Source: Octopus vulgaris (lineage: Eukaryota). Taken from it: DNA of 64,000 bases. Within the stretch, counting starts at the first letter, position 1; every line of letters starts with the position of its first letter. Below, piece by piece: positions 1-12,581 of this stretch. The translations under genes were made by a program, and so were the position numbers. The DNA is taken from contig OX597824.1 in assembly GCA_951406725.2 (NCBI GenBank), forward strand, positions 21,328,001 through 21,392,000. The letters run 5' to 3'. The notes below the pieces were generated by a model. It did no database searches. It was not told the origin of the DNA and was given only the letters and a program-made list of their open reading frames with translations.

Positions 1-442
1 CTGTGCCTGGATGATAAAACTAATAATGTGGAAAAATGTCCAAAAATGTAATAATCTTCAAAATAACGAACCAATTAGTAAAATATTCTGGTTGAGGAGA
101 ACCAAATATGGCATGCTTGGCATAAAATTTCTAGTCATTTTGGCATGTTGTGGCAGAAGCATCATATAGTCTTTGCTGAAAAATGTAAGAAAATTTCATT
201 AGAATTTGTAAAATTGGGGAGGTTTTAATTTCGATCAACCACCTGATCTGTTAATTTATTTTGCATTTTTGGAGTTTCATATGGTCACATATTTGTTTTT
301 TGTAGAAATTTTTTTTATTCCTGTTTCTATTTTGTTCCTGTGTTTACTAATTATCTTGGCAGTCTGGAATATATTTAGCTTGTGTTAACTATATCCATTT
401 TCAATTTTATGTCAGTCTTATGTTCCTTGAATGCTATATATA

Positions 443-794
443 TCTCTATATATATAAAGCTGAAGTTGTCAGTGTATGGCAGGTTTGGTAGCCTTCAACT
501 AACACTATCTCTTCTGAGACCCTGCAGTGCAAGTTGACCAAAATTGAGAGTATGATAGAGGACCATGTTAACACCAAAAATTATTTGCATCAAAAAGGTG
601 CTTTTTTTTCTATGAAAATCCCTTTTTTTGTATATTTTTTTGACTGCTGTGTTGCCATTTTTTGGTGTATTTCAACCAGAAAAATGTTCACTTAAAGAGA
701 ATAACAAGCTACATAATGCGAAAGTTTTACTTTTCAAAAATTCCATTTCTAAAGGGTTGAAACAAACCTGAGCAACGCGGGGCGATACTGCTAG
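443..794 (+). mobile_element. Non-autonomous Helitron
   Basis: A|TC...TATATAAAG 5' end; 3' CCTGAGCAACGCGGGG hairpin followed by CTAG|T; related copies at 38333 and 63740. Confidence 0.7.
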
Positions 795-939
795 TATATA
801 TATATATATATATATAAATTATGTATGCGACACAGAGTGTCTCTAGTGTGCAATTTGAAATATCTATAGCTTTGTACCTATATTTGATAGAACAAACCTG
901 CAAAAATGCCAAGAAAGCTTGATGTGTCTTGTGTCTTCT

Positions 940-1131
940 GGCCCTCGTCTGGTGGCACGTGAAAAGCACCCACTACACTCTCGGAGTGGTTGGTGTTAGG
1001 AAGGGCATCCAGCTGTAGAAACTCTGCCAGATCAGACTGGAGTCTGGTGCAGCCATCCAGTTCACTAGTCCTCAGTCAAATCGTCCAACCCATGCTAGCA
1101 TGGAAAGCAGACATCAAACGATGATGATGAT
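940..1131 (+). mobile_element. Family D (RTE-type 3' repeat), short copy
   Basis: GGCACGTGAAAAGCACC, GGTTGGTGTTAGGAAGGGCATCCAGC, CCATGCTAGCATGG palindrome, (GAT)n tail. Confidence 0.8.
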
Positions 1132-1226
<95 letters not shown>

Positions 1227-1229
<3 letters not shown>

Positions 1230-1562
1230 CCCCTTCGGTCATAGATGACCATGGGATTGCACCTAGAAAGTTACCCTCCAAGGCACAAGTCCAGTCAAGA
1301 TTGTTTATGGAGGACCAACAGTTGCCTATGCATACCATGCTCCTCTCTCCATGCCACCGATGTTATCCAAGGGAAAGGCAAAGGGGCCGATACAGCTTGG
1401 CACCAGTGAAGTTGCAGCTCATTTCTACAGCTGAGTGAAGTGAAGCAATGTGAAATAAAGTGTCTTGCTCAAGAACACAACATACAACTCGGTCTGGGAA
1501 TCAAACTCACAACCTCACGATTGTAAGCTTGACACTCTAACCACTGAGCCATGTGCCTTCAC
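1227..1562 (-). mobile_element. tRNA-derived SINE group C (Deu/Nin-like core)
   Basis: Minus strand starts GAAGGCACATGGCTCAGTGGTTAGAG (A box) with a B-box-like motif, then CACTCAGCTGTAGAAATGAG; (CT)n tail. Confidence 0.8.
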
Positions 1563-1787
1563 ACACGCATATATATATATATATATACACATATGTGTGT
1601 ATGTGTGTGTGTGTTTGTGTATAGGCACATATGTGCCTGTGTAGTAAAACGTTTACTTCATAACACATAAGAAGTCCCCACGCTGTGACACTTTGAGAAA
1701 GTGTCTCCTATAACACTGGGCCAGCTAAAAGCTTGAGTGGATTTAGTAGACAGAAACTGAAAGAAGCCCATTGTGTGTGTGTGTGTG

Positions 1788-1827
<40 letters not shown>

Positions 1828-2228
1828 GGCGCAGGAGTGGCTGTGTGGTAAGTAGCTTGTTTACCAACCACATGGTTCCGGGTTCAGTCCCACTGTGTGG
1901 CACCTTGGGCAAGTGTCTTCTACTATAGCCTTGGGCTGACCAAAGCCTTGTGAGTGGATTTGGTAGATGGAAACTGAAAGAAGCCCGTCGTATATATGTA
2001 TATATATGTATGTGTGTATTTGTGTGAGTGTGTTTGTACTGCTGGCATTGCTTGACAACCGATGCTGGTGTGTTTATGTCTCTGTTACTTAGCGGTTCGG
2101 CAAAAGAGACCGATAGAATAAGTACTGGGCTTACAAAAGAATAAGTCCCGGGGTCGAGTTGCTCGATTAAAGGCGGTGCTCCAGCATGGCTGCAGTCAAA
2201 TGACTGAAACAAGTAAAAGAGTAAAGAG
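1828..2228 (+). mobile_element. tRNA-derived SINE group A, full length (CORE-like)
   Basis: GGCGCAGGAGTGGCTGTGTGG head, GGTTCAGTCCC B box, ACCTTGGGCAAGTG core-like motif, internal (TA/TG)n, tail GGTGCTCCAGCATGG..CAGTCAAATGACTGAAAC; flanked by (TA)n; partial copy at 1622-1780. Confidence 0.85.
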
Positions 2229-2267
2229 TATATATATATGTATGTATCTATATATATGTGTATATGC

Positions 2268-2301
<34 letters not shown>

Positions 2302-2328
2302 TTTATTTTAAGCAGCAGAAAAATCAAC

Positions 2329-2376
2329 AAAATCTGTTACTCTGAGTTTCTCGTTGCCGTTCATCAGACAGTTTTT
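2329..2376 (-). ncRNA. Minimal type I hammerhead ribozyme motif (PLE-associated)
   Basis: Minus strand AAAAACTGT-CTGATGA-A CG GCAA CG A-GAAA-CTCAGAG-TA-ACAGATTTT: intact core, GNRA-capped stem II, stem I closure. Confidence 0.65.
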
Positions 2377-2379
2377 GCT

Positions 2380-2424
2380 AAAAACTGTCTGATGAGCAAC
2401 GAGAAACTCAGAGTAACAGATTTT
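2380..2424 (+). ncRNA. Hammerhead motif with a 3-nt deletion in stem II
   Basis: AAAAACTGT-CTGATGA-GCAACGA-GAAA-CTCAGAG-TA-ACAGATTTT. Confidence 0.5.
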
Positions 2425-2521
2425 GTTGATTTTTCTGCTGCTTAAAATAAAGCATATTACTCTACCACTGGTATTTGAGTACTCTTTTTTCCACCTTGTA
2501 TCTATATATATGTGTATATGC

Positions 2522-2555
<34 letters not shown>

Positions 2556-2619
2556 GCACATGTATATTGATTATATATATTGTAATAATTATTATAATGT
2601 TATTAAGGAAATATATCTC

Positions 2620-3060
2620 TAACCATTATTATAAATATTTTCACCTTGAAGCCATTTTATTAACGCCCGACAAAAGGTTACAGTTGTTGATCCACGAGAA
2701 ACAGAAATTGTTTCCGCGTTTAACCTTTATCCGTTGAATGACAAATGTACTTGTCATTTAGTATAATGCCGTTGAAGGATTCTCCTACTGTGAAAGATTT
2801 GATTCACATAAACTTTCAATATTAATGTGTCTTGGAGTTTTCTTCTTATCTATAATTTAAAGTACCCACTTGCTTTGCTTTTTAAGTTCTACTTATTTTA
2901 TGCGTAATAAGACGGAATGAAATGACAGAAGTTCGCCAAATATTTAATGCTGTACCAATTGTTTTTTCCATTTTCCGTGAATACCTTCTTAACTGCTAAA
3001 CCACTTATGTAGGATGTAGGTGTTATCCTACTGACGACCTGCTATCAGCCAGGTAGGCTG
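2620..3060 (-). pseudogene. Degraded PLE GIY-YIG endonuclease C-terminal remnant
   Basis: Frameshifted minus-strand peptides ..EKTIGTA..SFRLITHKIS..W..KSFTVGES.. resemble the PLE YIG..SFR..H.NST.LSK.IW..K.Y motif order; adjacent to a PLE terminus. Confidence 0.4.
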
Positions 3061-3254
3061 AAGCTATCAAAGTTATATATATATGTTGCATTTAAAGCGT
3101 GACACGATGTCTAGTGTAAAAAATTTGAATGACCTTTTTATAGTAGTGGTCTCTTTAATCTTAAATTTATAATTTAAAAAAAAAAAAAGTGAAAATATTT
3201 TCTCTTATGTCTGTCCCAATTTCTCTCATGATGATGTAACTTTTGTGTTACATC

Positions 3255-3296
3255 CTCCTCCTCATCACCATCATCATCACCATCATCATCATCACC

Positions 3297-3330
<34 letters not shown>

Positions 3331-3618
3331 CCATCATCACCACCACCATCATCATCACCATCATCATCACCACCACCATCATCATCACCATCATCATCAC
3401 CACCATCATCATCACCACCACCACCACCACCATCATCATCATCACCACCACCATCATCATCACCATCACCATCATCATCATCATCATCATCATCATCACA
3501 CCATCACTGTTGTCATTGTCATTATCACCACTGTCATCATCATCATCATCATCATCATCACACCACCACTGTTGTTGTCATTGTCATTCTCACCATTGTC
3601 ATCATCATCGTCATCATC
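3255..3618. repeat. (CAT/CAC)n microsatellite
   Basis: Long mixed triplet run; source of the poly-His/Ile/Met ORFs. Confidence 0.95.
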
Positions 3619-4347
3619 TTACTGTTAAAAATCGGCACGAACTTTACGGACAACCCAATATTACAGATTTTTATTGTGAGCAAGTAAATCACAATTTTTT
3701 TGCAACTGAATTTTTCAGCTGAAGAAATTTATACAATTCTAGGACTAAAGTATAACAACAACAACAACAGCAACAACAACAACCAAGAGACACAAAGCCT
3801 GAATTTATTCTCTGTTTTGGATTTTTATTACGTAGATCAAAGGGATTATTCTGTTTCCTTTTATAACCTTTTGTGCTAACCAATATTATACATTTATGCA
3901 TTTTCGAAGAAGCGTCATCAATAGAGTTATCATACCCAGCGATCACACTCCTACCTGCATCTTTTGTTATTTCTCGTCATATTACATTCTCATCATCGAC
4001 TTCCACATTTCTATTCTATTTCATCTTCCTGTCAATACGTGTAGCAAAGCAGTTGAACTACATTGAAACTATTTGTGACAATCGTAATAGACCAATATTT
4101 TCAGTTTAGCGTCTTCATCTGCGTTCTTACTGTCACAACACTTTTTGGCTCTTGTACTCTGGCCTTCCTCAAGTGTCTGCCCTTTTTGGTAATGTCTGAA
4201 TTTGGAACTAAATTCTTTATTAAACCCACAGAAGTTGATTGTTCTCATTCCATTCTTTGTATCAAGGGTATTCTCCTTCTTAGTTTTTCTTCTACTTGTG
4301 ATTCTATTTGCTTATTCTCTTTGAACCTGAGTATATACATATACATA

Positions 4348-4535
4348 CAGTAATCCCTTGACTATCGTGGGTGTTATGTTCCAAAACACCCCATGACAGG
4401 TGAAAATCCACGAAGTAGAAACAGTACTGTACTATATATTTTTTTTCATTATTTTTAAAATTTGTATATATTTATTTTATTAGAAATGCAAAACAACACC
4501 ATGGAGGAATCGACGCAAGTTTAAATAACAAAACA
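4348..4535 (+). mobile_element. Tigger/pogo-type MITE 5' part
   Basis: TA|CAGTAATCCCTTGACTATCGTGGGTGTTATGTTCC terminus. Confidence 0.5.
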
Positions 4536-4536
4536 C

Positions 4537-4595
4537 ATGTGGACCCTCAAGTGTGGACCCTCTGGGGCCATATGGACCCTGGTTGAGAACCACTG
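4537..4595. mobile_element. hAT (Charlie-like) MITE end
   Basis: TGGACCC subterminal repeats and GGTTGAGAACCACTG terminus; similar end near 17345-17366. Confidence 0.5.
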
Positions 4596-5009
4596 GTCTA
4601 AACCCTTCAAGGTGGTGCCCCATTATGGTTGCAGTCCAATGACTGAAACCGGTAAAGATAAAAGATATCCTAATTTTTACTCACAGAAAATTAAAACTGC
4701 CTTCATATACAAAATCTGTTATGCAATTTTAGCCATTAAATTATATTAATAAAACAAGATCCATGTTCATTTTGGCCAACAATGTTTCAAACACTTATTT
4801 TAAGCAGATTAGTAGCACAATAACGGTTTATGTCGGCTGGATGGTATAATTGACAAATGGTTGGTTGGTTTACTATTCTGCAGAAGCTAATTTAGTTTCA
4901 TATCTCTACACTTCGCTAAACCATTACTGAAAGAAGTATTAAGGATAATTAGATTTTATATGAATCTGCATGTTACACACACTTTCATGTTGCTGATGTG
5001 ATATCAAAT

Positions 5010-5350
5010 TCGATGACTGGCATCCATGCAAGTGGAGCGCTAAGAGTACCATACTAGGGAGATCGGGGCCAGAGCAACAAGCTGGCCTCCGAGCTGATGG
5101 CACGATAAAAATACCATTTGAATGTGATTGTTACCTGCGTTGCCTTACTAGTGGTGGCACATGTGCTGGTGGCACATGAAAAAAACATTCGAGTGAAGTC
5201 GTCACCAGTGCCGCTGGACTGGCTCCTGTGCAGGTGGCACATAAAAAGCACCATTCGAGCAAGGTCGTTGCCAGTACTGCCTGACTGGCCCTCTTGCCAG
5301 TGGCATGTAAAAGCACCCACTACACTCTCAGAGTGGTTGGCATTAGGAAC
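5010..5350 (+). mobile_element. Family D with about 4 tandem units, 3' truncated
   Basis: Repeated GTGGCAC-RT-A(4-7)-..CACC units followed by GAGTGGTTGGCATTAGGAA. Confidence 0.75.
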
Positions 5351-5371
5351 TTTGTGCTACATTCATTCGTT

Positions 5372-5630
5372 CATACATACATACATACACATGCATGCAT
5401 ACATACATACATACATACATACATACACATGCATGCATACATACATACATACACATGCATACATACATACACATGCATGCATACATACATACATACATAC
5501 ATACATACATACATACGTACATATATACATACATGCATATATACATATACATACATACATACGTACGTACATACATACATACATACATACATACATTCAT
5601 ACGTATGTACGTACGTATGTATACGTACGT
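5372..5630. repeat. (ACAT)n microsatellite
   Basis: Tetranucleotide run. Confidence 0.95.
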
Positions 5631-5987
5631 ATCTGTGTGTTGGGCTTCCTTGAAGTTTCTATGTACTGAATCCACCCCTCAAAAAAAAACAAAAAGAAAA
5701 AAATTTGAAAACTATATTCAATTAAAAAAAGATGAAAGACATTCAGCAGTTGCTATAGATTTCACTTACTTATATAAAAAAAAAAGAAGCCGTTCGATCA
5801 AAGTATGGCATTATATTAACCCCGCAATGCCTACTGTTAAGAGATCTTAATGCTTCAAATGCGAAAATCGATGGCTTGGACATGTTCTAAGAATTCTTTA
5901 GCATTTGAACATTTGCATGAAAGAATTCTTAATATATGGCAGCTGTTCCAGAATTATTGGCATTGGAATTATATTTGTGTATGGCTA

Positions 5988-6380
5988 GGCGTAGGTATGG
6001 CTGTGTAGTAAGACGTTTTCTTTCCAATACCATGGCCCTGGGTTCAGTCCCACTGTGTGGTACCTTGAGCAAGCCTCTTTTACAATAGCCTCAAGCTATA
6101 ATTGGATTTGGCTGACAGAAACTGAAAGCGGCAAACTGGCAGAATCGTTAGCATGCCGGGCGAAATCTTAGCAGTATTTCCTCTGTCATTACATTCTGAG
6201 TTCAAATTCCGCCATGGTCAACTTTACCTTTCATCCTTTCAGGGTCGATAAATTAAGTACCAGTTATGCACTGGGGTCGATGTAATCGACTTAATCACTT
6301 TGACTGTCCCTGTTTCTCCCCTCTGTGTTTAGCCCCTTGTGGGCAATAAAGAAATAAGAAACTGAAAGAATCCCATTGTG
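5988..6380 (+). mobile_element. SINE-B nested within a SINE-A head
   Basis: SINE-A head interrupted at GAAACTGAAAG (repeated at ~6118 and ~6358) by a SINE-B copy. Confidence 0.7.
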
Positions 6381-6387
6381 TGTGTGT

Positions 6388-6421
<34 letters not shown>

Positions 6422-6663
6422 GCGTGCATGTGTATCTTTGTGACTGAGTTTGTCCTCCACCACGTCTTGACAACTGATGTGACCTTAAAAGCACCTGGTA
6501 CATTCTGTAAACTGGTTGGCATTAAGAAGACCATCCATCCATAGAAATAATGCCAAAGATGACATCCGTGCCTGGTACAGCAGTTCCCTATCCAACTATC
6601 CAACTCATGCCAGTATGGTAAGTACATGTTAAATGAGGAAGATGATATATATAAATATGTGTA

Positions 6664-6708
<45 letters not shown>

Positions 6709-6711
6709 ATA

Positions 6712-7109
6712 GGTGTAGGCATGGTTGTGTGGTAAGAAACTTGCTTCCCAAACACATAGTTCTGGGTTCAGTCCCACTGCATAGCACCTTGGTCAAGTGT
6801 CTTCTACTATAGCCTCGGGCCAACCAAAGCCTTGTGAGTGGATTTGGTAGACAGAAACTGAAAGAAGCCTGTCGTATATATACATACATATATATATATA
6901 TATATATATTTGTGTGTCTGTATCTGTGTTTATAACCCCACCATTGCTTGACAACTGATGCTCCCTGTAACTTAGCGGTTCAGCAAAAGAGACCGATAGA
7001 ATAAGTACTAGGGTGACAAAGAATAAGTACTGGGGTCGATCTGTTTGACTAAAGGTGGTGCTCCAGCATGGCCACAATCAAATGACTGAAACAAGTAGAA
7101 GAATAAAAG
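6712..7109 (+). mobile_element. SINE-A full length
   Basis: Same head, core and tail as the 1828 copy; (TA)n flanks. Confidence 0.85.
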
Positions 7110-7228
7110 TATATATATATATATGTGTGTGTGCACATATATATTTGCTTCAGTAATTTTTTTCTAACCCTTGCCCCAGTCATAAAATGGATGTAGATAC
7201 GATGGTGGTGATGATGATTGTGTGTGTT

Positions 7229-7263
<35 letters not shown>

Positions 7264-7639
7264 ATGCATGTGTTAATTTGACATATTCCTTACTTCTTGC
7301 CCTGAAAGAAACCGATAAAAAAAGAAACCCCCAACTAAATAAATATTTTTATTTCCTGCACATTGATAATAATTTAGGTATTAAAGAGTTAAGGCGAGGC
7401 AGCGGTTCTATTAGTGGCCTTAGTCGATGTAACAGGAAATTGATATCGTATCCGACTATGGAACATATGTTCCAACAATCTTCGCGAATAATTGATAATT
7501 GAATCTGCAGAATTATTCGGTTTATGCAATTATAGACTACGTAGGCATTGAAAAGCTGATATTAATATGTTAACCCATTTCGTTCTGTCTACCTGAGATT
7601 AGCTCTGCTTCCATGATATGCAACTTGCTTTTTAAAAAC

Positions 7640-8000
7640 ATCAAAATAAATATCAAATGGAAATTGTAGTTGTGATACCTGTGCCGGTGGCACATAAAAA
7701 GCACCATCCGAACGTGGCCGATGCCAGCACCGCCTTGCCTGGCTTCTGCGCTGGTGGCACATAAAAAGCACCAACCAATCGTGGCCACTGCCAGCCTCCC
7801 CTGGCACCTGTGCTGGTGGCACGTAAAAAGCACCCACTACAGTCACAGAGTGGTTGGCGTTAGGAAGGGCATTCAGCTGTAGAAACACTGCCAGATCAGA
7901 CTGGAGCCTGGTGCAGCCTCCTGGCTTCCCAGACCCCGGTCGAACCGTCCAACCCATGCTAGCACGGAAAACAGACGTTAAACAATGATGATGATGATGG
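7640..8000 (+). mobile_element. Family D with 3 tandem units
   Basis: Three GTGCNGGTGGCACRTAAAAAGCACC units, RTE-type motif, (GAT)n tail. Confidence 0.85.
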
Positions 8001-8732
8001 TGAATTGGCAGAATTGTTAAGAGTGTTGGATTGAGAAGCCTAATGATATTTGTTCTGGCTTGCTAAGCTCTGAGTTCAAATACCAGTGAAGTCAGCTTTG
8101 CCTTTTATCTTTTTGGGCTTTGATAAAAAGGTACAAATACAGGGCAATAGACTGGTAGAACTTTTGGAAGGCTGGGTAAGATGTCCTGCGATATCTGCTC
8201 CAGTTCTTTGTATTCTGACAGTAACACCTGAGATGACTCTGGTGCCAAACTCATTGGTCCGAGTTAGCAGCCTTTCTCTTGGGTAAACATTAGTGGCATG
8301 GAGAGGGAAGAATTTTGTTTATGGGTAACTGCTAGTTTTCCTCAAAAATATGTTGCCCAGGCCAGGCTTGCTTATACATGTGCAGGTTTGTGGTCAACAT
8401 TGACCAGCAGACACCCTACAGTGAAATATGATTCATTATAATGTGACCAAGGCTGGATTAAGACCCATAGAGGCCCTAAGCACTCAAAAGGTTTTGGTGC
8501 CCAGTCTGAGATTTGAACCCACGATCCCTCGACTGTGAGTCCACTGCTCTAACCACTAGACCATGTGCCTCCACTTTTAAGACATTGGATGTGTACAGTA
8601 GTACCTTGGTTTTCAAACAACTCTGACCATGAATAAATTGTGCTTTATCTCCTGTCTTTCTCATATTCATTTAATAAAGTAGTATTCAGTTTATGAGTGC
8701 CTCTGATCATGAATGAATTATGCTTTATATAT

Positions 8733-9030
8733 CCATCATCATCATCATCGTTGAATATCTGTTTTCCATGCTGGCATGGGTTGGACGGTTTGACTAGGGT
8801 CTGAGAAGCCAGGAGGCTGCACCAGGCTCCAGTCTGATCTGGCAGTGTTTCTACAGCCAATTGCCCTTCCTAACATGAACCACTCCATGAGTGCAGTGGG
8901 TGCTTTTTCCATACCACCGGCACAGGGGTAAGAGGAGGTTGGTAACAGCCACGATTGGTTGGTGCTTTTTACGTACCACTAGCATGGAAGCCAACCAAGA
9001 CGGCGCTGGCATCAGGTATCACAATTACAA
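8733..9030 (-). mobile_element. Family D
   Basis: Reverse complement of family D with an (ATC)n start. Confidence 0.8.
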
Positions 9031-9699
9031 TTCCATTTAATTTTTGTTTTGATGTTGAAATATATATAAAGCATGATTTATTTGTGATCGGAGTTGTCCG
9101 AAAAACATGTAAGGCTCAAAGATAACATGTCAAAAAATTCTGTGCAGAAAGAAGTGATTAAATGATTAAAGGAGATTAGTATGGTTGTAGGTAAGGGAAA
9201 ACTTAAAATGTGGAGGACTTTAGAATTGAAAAAAATTCTTCACACTTTTGATAGCAATTCACTTAAGACCACCTTTGGTTCTCTGATACAAACTTCCTGT
9301 TCTAAAGTAATCTAAATTAAAACCTTCCATGAAAATTCCTCGTTAATTTATGGGCTAAAACATCAGCTTGGTAACGACAAATTTGCTTTACTAAAATCTT
9401 CAATATTTTCAAAATTAATTGATTGAAACAAGCTGTTTATTTTAGCAGGAATGTTGTTGTTGTTGTAACTACTGCTGCTGCTACTACCACTACTACTACT
9501 ACTATTACTGCTACTACTACTTCATCATTATCACCATTATAATCTTCTTCGTCTGTCTTTACGTTCTGAGTTCAAATTCCACCAAGGTTGACTTTGCCTT
9601 TCATGCTTTCGGGGTCGATAAATTAAGTACCAGTTATGTACTAGGGTCGATGAAATTGTCTGGCCCCCTTCTTCTTCTTCTTTTTTTCCTCCTCCTCAT

Positions 9700-9920
9700 A
9701 ACATCTACTTTCCATGCTGGTATGGGTTGGATGGTTTAACAGAGGCTGGCAAGGCCAGAATCCATACCAGGTTCCACAGTCTATTTTGGCATGGTTTCTA
9801 CAGCTGGATGCCCTTCCTAATGCCAACCACTTTACAGTGCATACTGAGTGCTTTTTACATGGCACCATCACCAGTGCTTTTCATGTGGCATTTGCACCAG
9901 TGCTTTTTCATGGCACCACC
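9700..9920 (-). mobile_element. Family D, diverged
   Basis: CAGCTGGATGCCCTTCCTAATGCCAACCAC plus short repeated units. Confidence 0.7.
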
Positions 9921-10029
9921 ATAAGTGGTTTCTACTACAAAAGAATTAAATGACATGTGGGAAAAGAATTTGTTATGCCAATGGGTGTAACCAGCCGTCT
10001 TATGAATACACCTCATTCATTGGACAATA

Positions 10030-10568
10030 TAGACCTATTGAAGCAAGTGAAATCAAAATCAAAATCGCTGATGTGGCCGATGACAGTACCGCCTGATTGG
10101 CACTCGTACTAGTAGAACATTAAAAGCACATCCGAGTGTGATCGTTGCCAGGGCCACGGATTGGCTCCCATGCTGGTGGCACATGAAATGCACCATTTGA
10201 GCATGACCGTTGCCAGAGTCGCCCTACCAGCACATGTGCCGGTGGCACGTGAAAGATAACATTTGAGCGTGGTCATTGCCAGTGCTGCCAGACTGGCTCC
10301 CATGCAGGTAGCAAGTAAAAACTAGATTTTGAGTGTGGTTGTTACCAGAACCGCCTGATTGGCCCTTGTGCCGGTGTCATGTAAAAGCATCCTCTACACT
10401 CTCGGAGTGGTTGGATTAGGAAGGGCATCCAGCTGTAGAAACTTATGCAGATCAGATTGAGCCTGGTGCAGCCTCTGGTTCTCCAGTCCTCAGTCAAACT
10501 GTCCAACCCATGCCAGCATGGAAAGCAGATGTTAAACGACGACGATGATGATGATGATGATGATGATG
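10030..10568 (+). mobile_element. Family D with about 5 tandem units
   Basis: ~62 nt periodic units, RTE-type motif, (GAT)n tail. Confidence 0.8.
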
Positions 10569-11420
10569 TCACATGCTGCATACAACAGAGGAAACTGTGC
10601 AATTCCGATTTAGGTTTCTTAATTTCCATTTAAAGAATTTTCTTCATTCTGTTATTATCCAATTTGCATTTCACTCTGTTGGATACAAAGTTTGTAGAAT
10701 TTAGAAATTTCAGTATAATTCCACGAAAGCTTTGTTCTTGATAAGGTTTATTAATCTGTTAGTTTACTACAATAAGTTTAATTAGCTGACTGTAATCCTT
10801 TTCTTTGAAAAAACTCCAAACAAAACAGATACAGAGCAGCTGCTTGTATTTAGTATTTCAAAGTTGCGGCAATAACCAAATTCATTTCTAGAGTTATTTG
10901 GCTAATTAATTTCATTACAGATATTTTTTTCTTTTATACCATTTTCTTCACTGCTGATCCACGTTTTCGTCTTAGCCATTATTTTCCTTACTGGTGCTTT
11001 CTAAAACTCCAGGATTCCACAAGAGGTTCTCTTATAACTGTGTCTGTTTTGGTATGGTAATTTGAAGGAGATTTGTCTATTATTTCTAGCAGGTTGAGCG
11101 ACCATGTAGAGACTGTTATCTTTATTGGCAAATCATTGTCTGGCAGTGTTCCCTGGGGGCATTAAAAGTTTTTTTGTTTAATTATCAGCAAGAGAAGAAT
11201 AAAATGGAAAAGAACATTAGTGTCGCTTGTAATTGAGTTAGCATGTTATGGTTCCTTGGTGAATCTGTTTGCCATAGTTTGGATTGACCAGGAACCATAT
11301 TCGATATTTAAATGAGGGACATGAATGGTTTGTTGTGTCAAGTATTGGTCTCTTGAGTATTTTGGAAGAAGGGCAAAGAATTATGGTCTGTCTGTATTCC
11401 TGTATCCTTCTCTTCTTCTT

Positions 11421-11990
11421 CTTTTACTTGTTTCAGTCATTGGACTGCGGCCATGCTGGGGCACTGCCTTGAAGTTTTTATTTGAACACATCAGCCCCAG
11501 TACTTATACTTGCTTTATAAGTGTGATACTTATTCTATCAGTCTCTCTTTGCTGAACTGCTAAGTTACAGGGGATGCAAACAAACCAATACCAGTTGTAA
11601 AGTGGTGGTGAAGGACAAACACAAAAGATGTACACACATACACACACACACATACACACACACACATATATATATAGACGATGGGCTTCCTCACAGTTTC
11701 CATCTACCAAATTCACTTGCAGACTATTTATTGGCTGAGAGTTATAGTAGACACTTACTGGAGGTTTCATGCAGTGGAACTGAACCCGAAACTATGTGGT
11801 TATGAAGCAGACTTCTTAATCACACAGCTATGGAATCAAATATATATATATAGGCGCAGGCATGACTGTGTGGTAAGAAGCTTGCTTCCCAACCAAATGG
11901 TTCTGGGTTCAGTCCCACTGCATGGCACTTTGGGCAAGTGTTTTCTACTATAGCCTTTGGCTGACCAAAGCCTTATGAGTGGATTTGGTG
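11421..11990. mobile_element. Head-to-head SINE-A pair (minus full length, plus partial)
   Basis: SINE-A reverse complement 11421-11830; SINE-A head 11853-11990. Confidence 0.75.
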
Positions 11991-12052
11991 AATTAAAGAG
12001 CTTGATATGGTAGGATACAATATGATAGGATATAATATATATATGTTAGATG

Positions 12053-12256
12053 AGGCGGCGAGCTGGCAGAATTTTTAGCACACCACGTGAAATGCTTAGC
12101 GTTATTTCATCAGTTTTTACATTCTGTTTTCAAATTCCTCCAAAATCGACTTTGCTTTTCATCCTTTTGGGGTCGATAAATTAAGTACCAGTTGCATACT
12201 GGGGTCAATCTAATCGACTGGCCTCCTCCCCCAAAATTTCAGGCTTTGTGCCTTGA
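12053..12256 (+). mobile_element. tRNA-derived SINE group B (Meta-domain-like), alternative tail
   Basis: GGCGGCGAGCTGGCAGAA head; TTTCATCCTTTTGGGGTCGATAAATTAAGTACCAG core; CCCCAAAATTTCAGG tail. Confidence 0.8.
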
Positions 12257-12538
12257 GTCAAGACTATTGAAAAGGTTGCAAGATGCAATGAAAATTTTAG
12301 GAAAATAAAATTAAGAAATAAGTGGAAATTTTACCGGTGAATGTGTTAAATTACAAGGCACAAAAAGAAAATGACTCTCCCCAGATACAAAAGAATATAT
12401 ATATAATAATAATAATAATACGAGGGAAATATTTTGTTATGTTTTATCTTATATTTATTCTTTCTATAAAATGTAATTTTACTAAATGGTATAATTTAAT
12501 TTTTCATTATTGAATTGATAAAAGGTGTTTTTTTTTCA

Positions 12539-12579
<41 letters not shown>

Positions 12580-12581
<2 letters not shown>

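Larger units (their letters stand above)
2301..2499. mobile_element. Penelope-like element terminal repeat in inverted arrangement
   Basis: ~75 bp inverted repeat (2301-2376 vs 2380-2452); same family at 21652-21790; hammerhead motif in each arm. Confidence 0.7.

Noticed and set aside
1658-2212. 184-aa ORF and the many similar ORFs (RASFSF..., LQLDALPNANH...)
   Set aside because: Recurrent translations of SINE-A or family D sequence
2185-2220. SINE-A tail CAGTCAAATGACT-GAAAC-AAGTA as a hammerhead
   Set aside because: Has a stem and GAAAC..GTA but no CUGANGA box or stem I
3243-3722. Poly-His/Ile/Met ORFs and all YI/HT/CV/LSIY-repeat ORFs in the track
   Set aside because: Translations of microsatellites; no coding signal
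4070-4312. ~80-codon purine-rich minus-strand open frame
   Set aside because: No recognisable domain or convincing splice boundaries
12255-12395. Duplicated exon (copy at 17957-18100)
   Set aside because: Better explained as two fragments of a decayed PLE ORF
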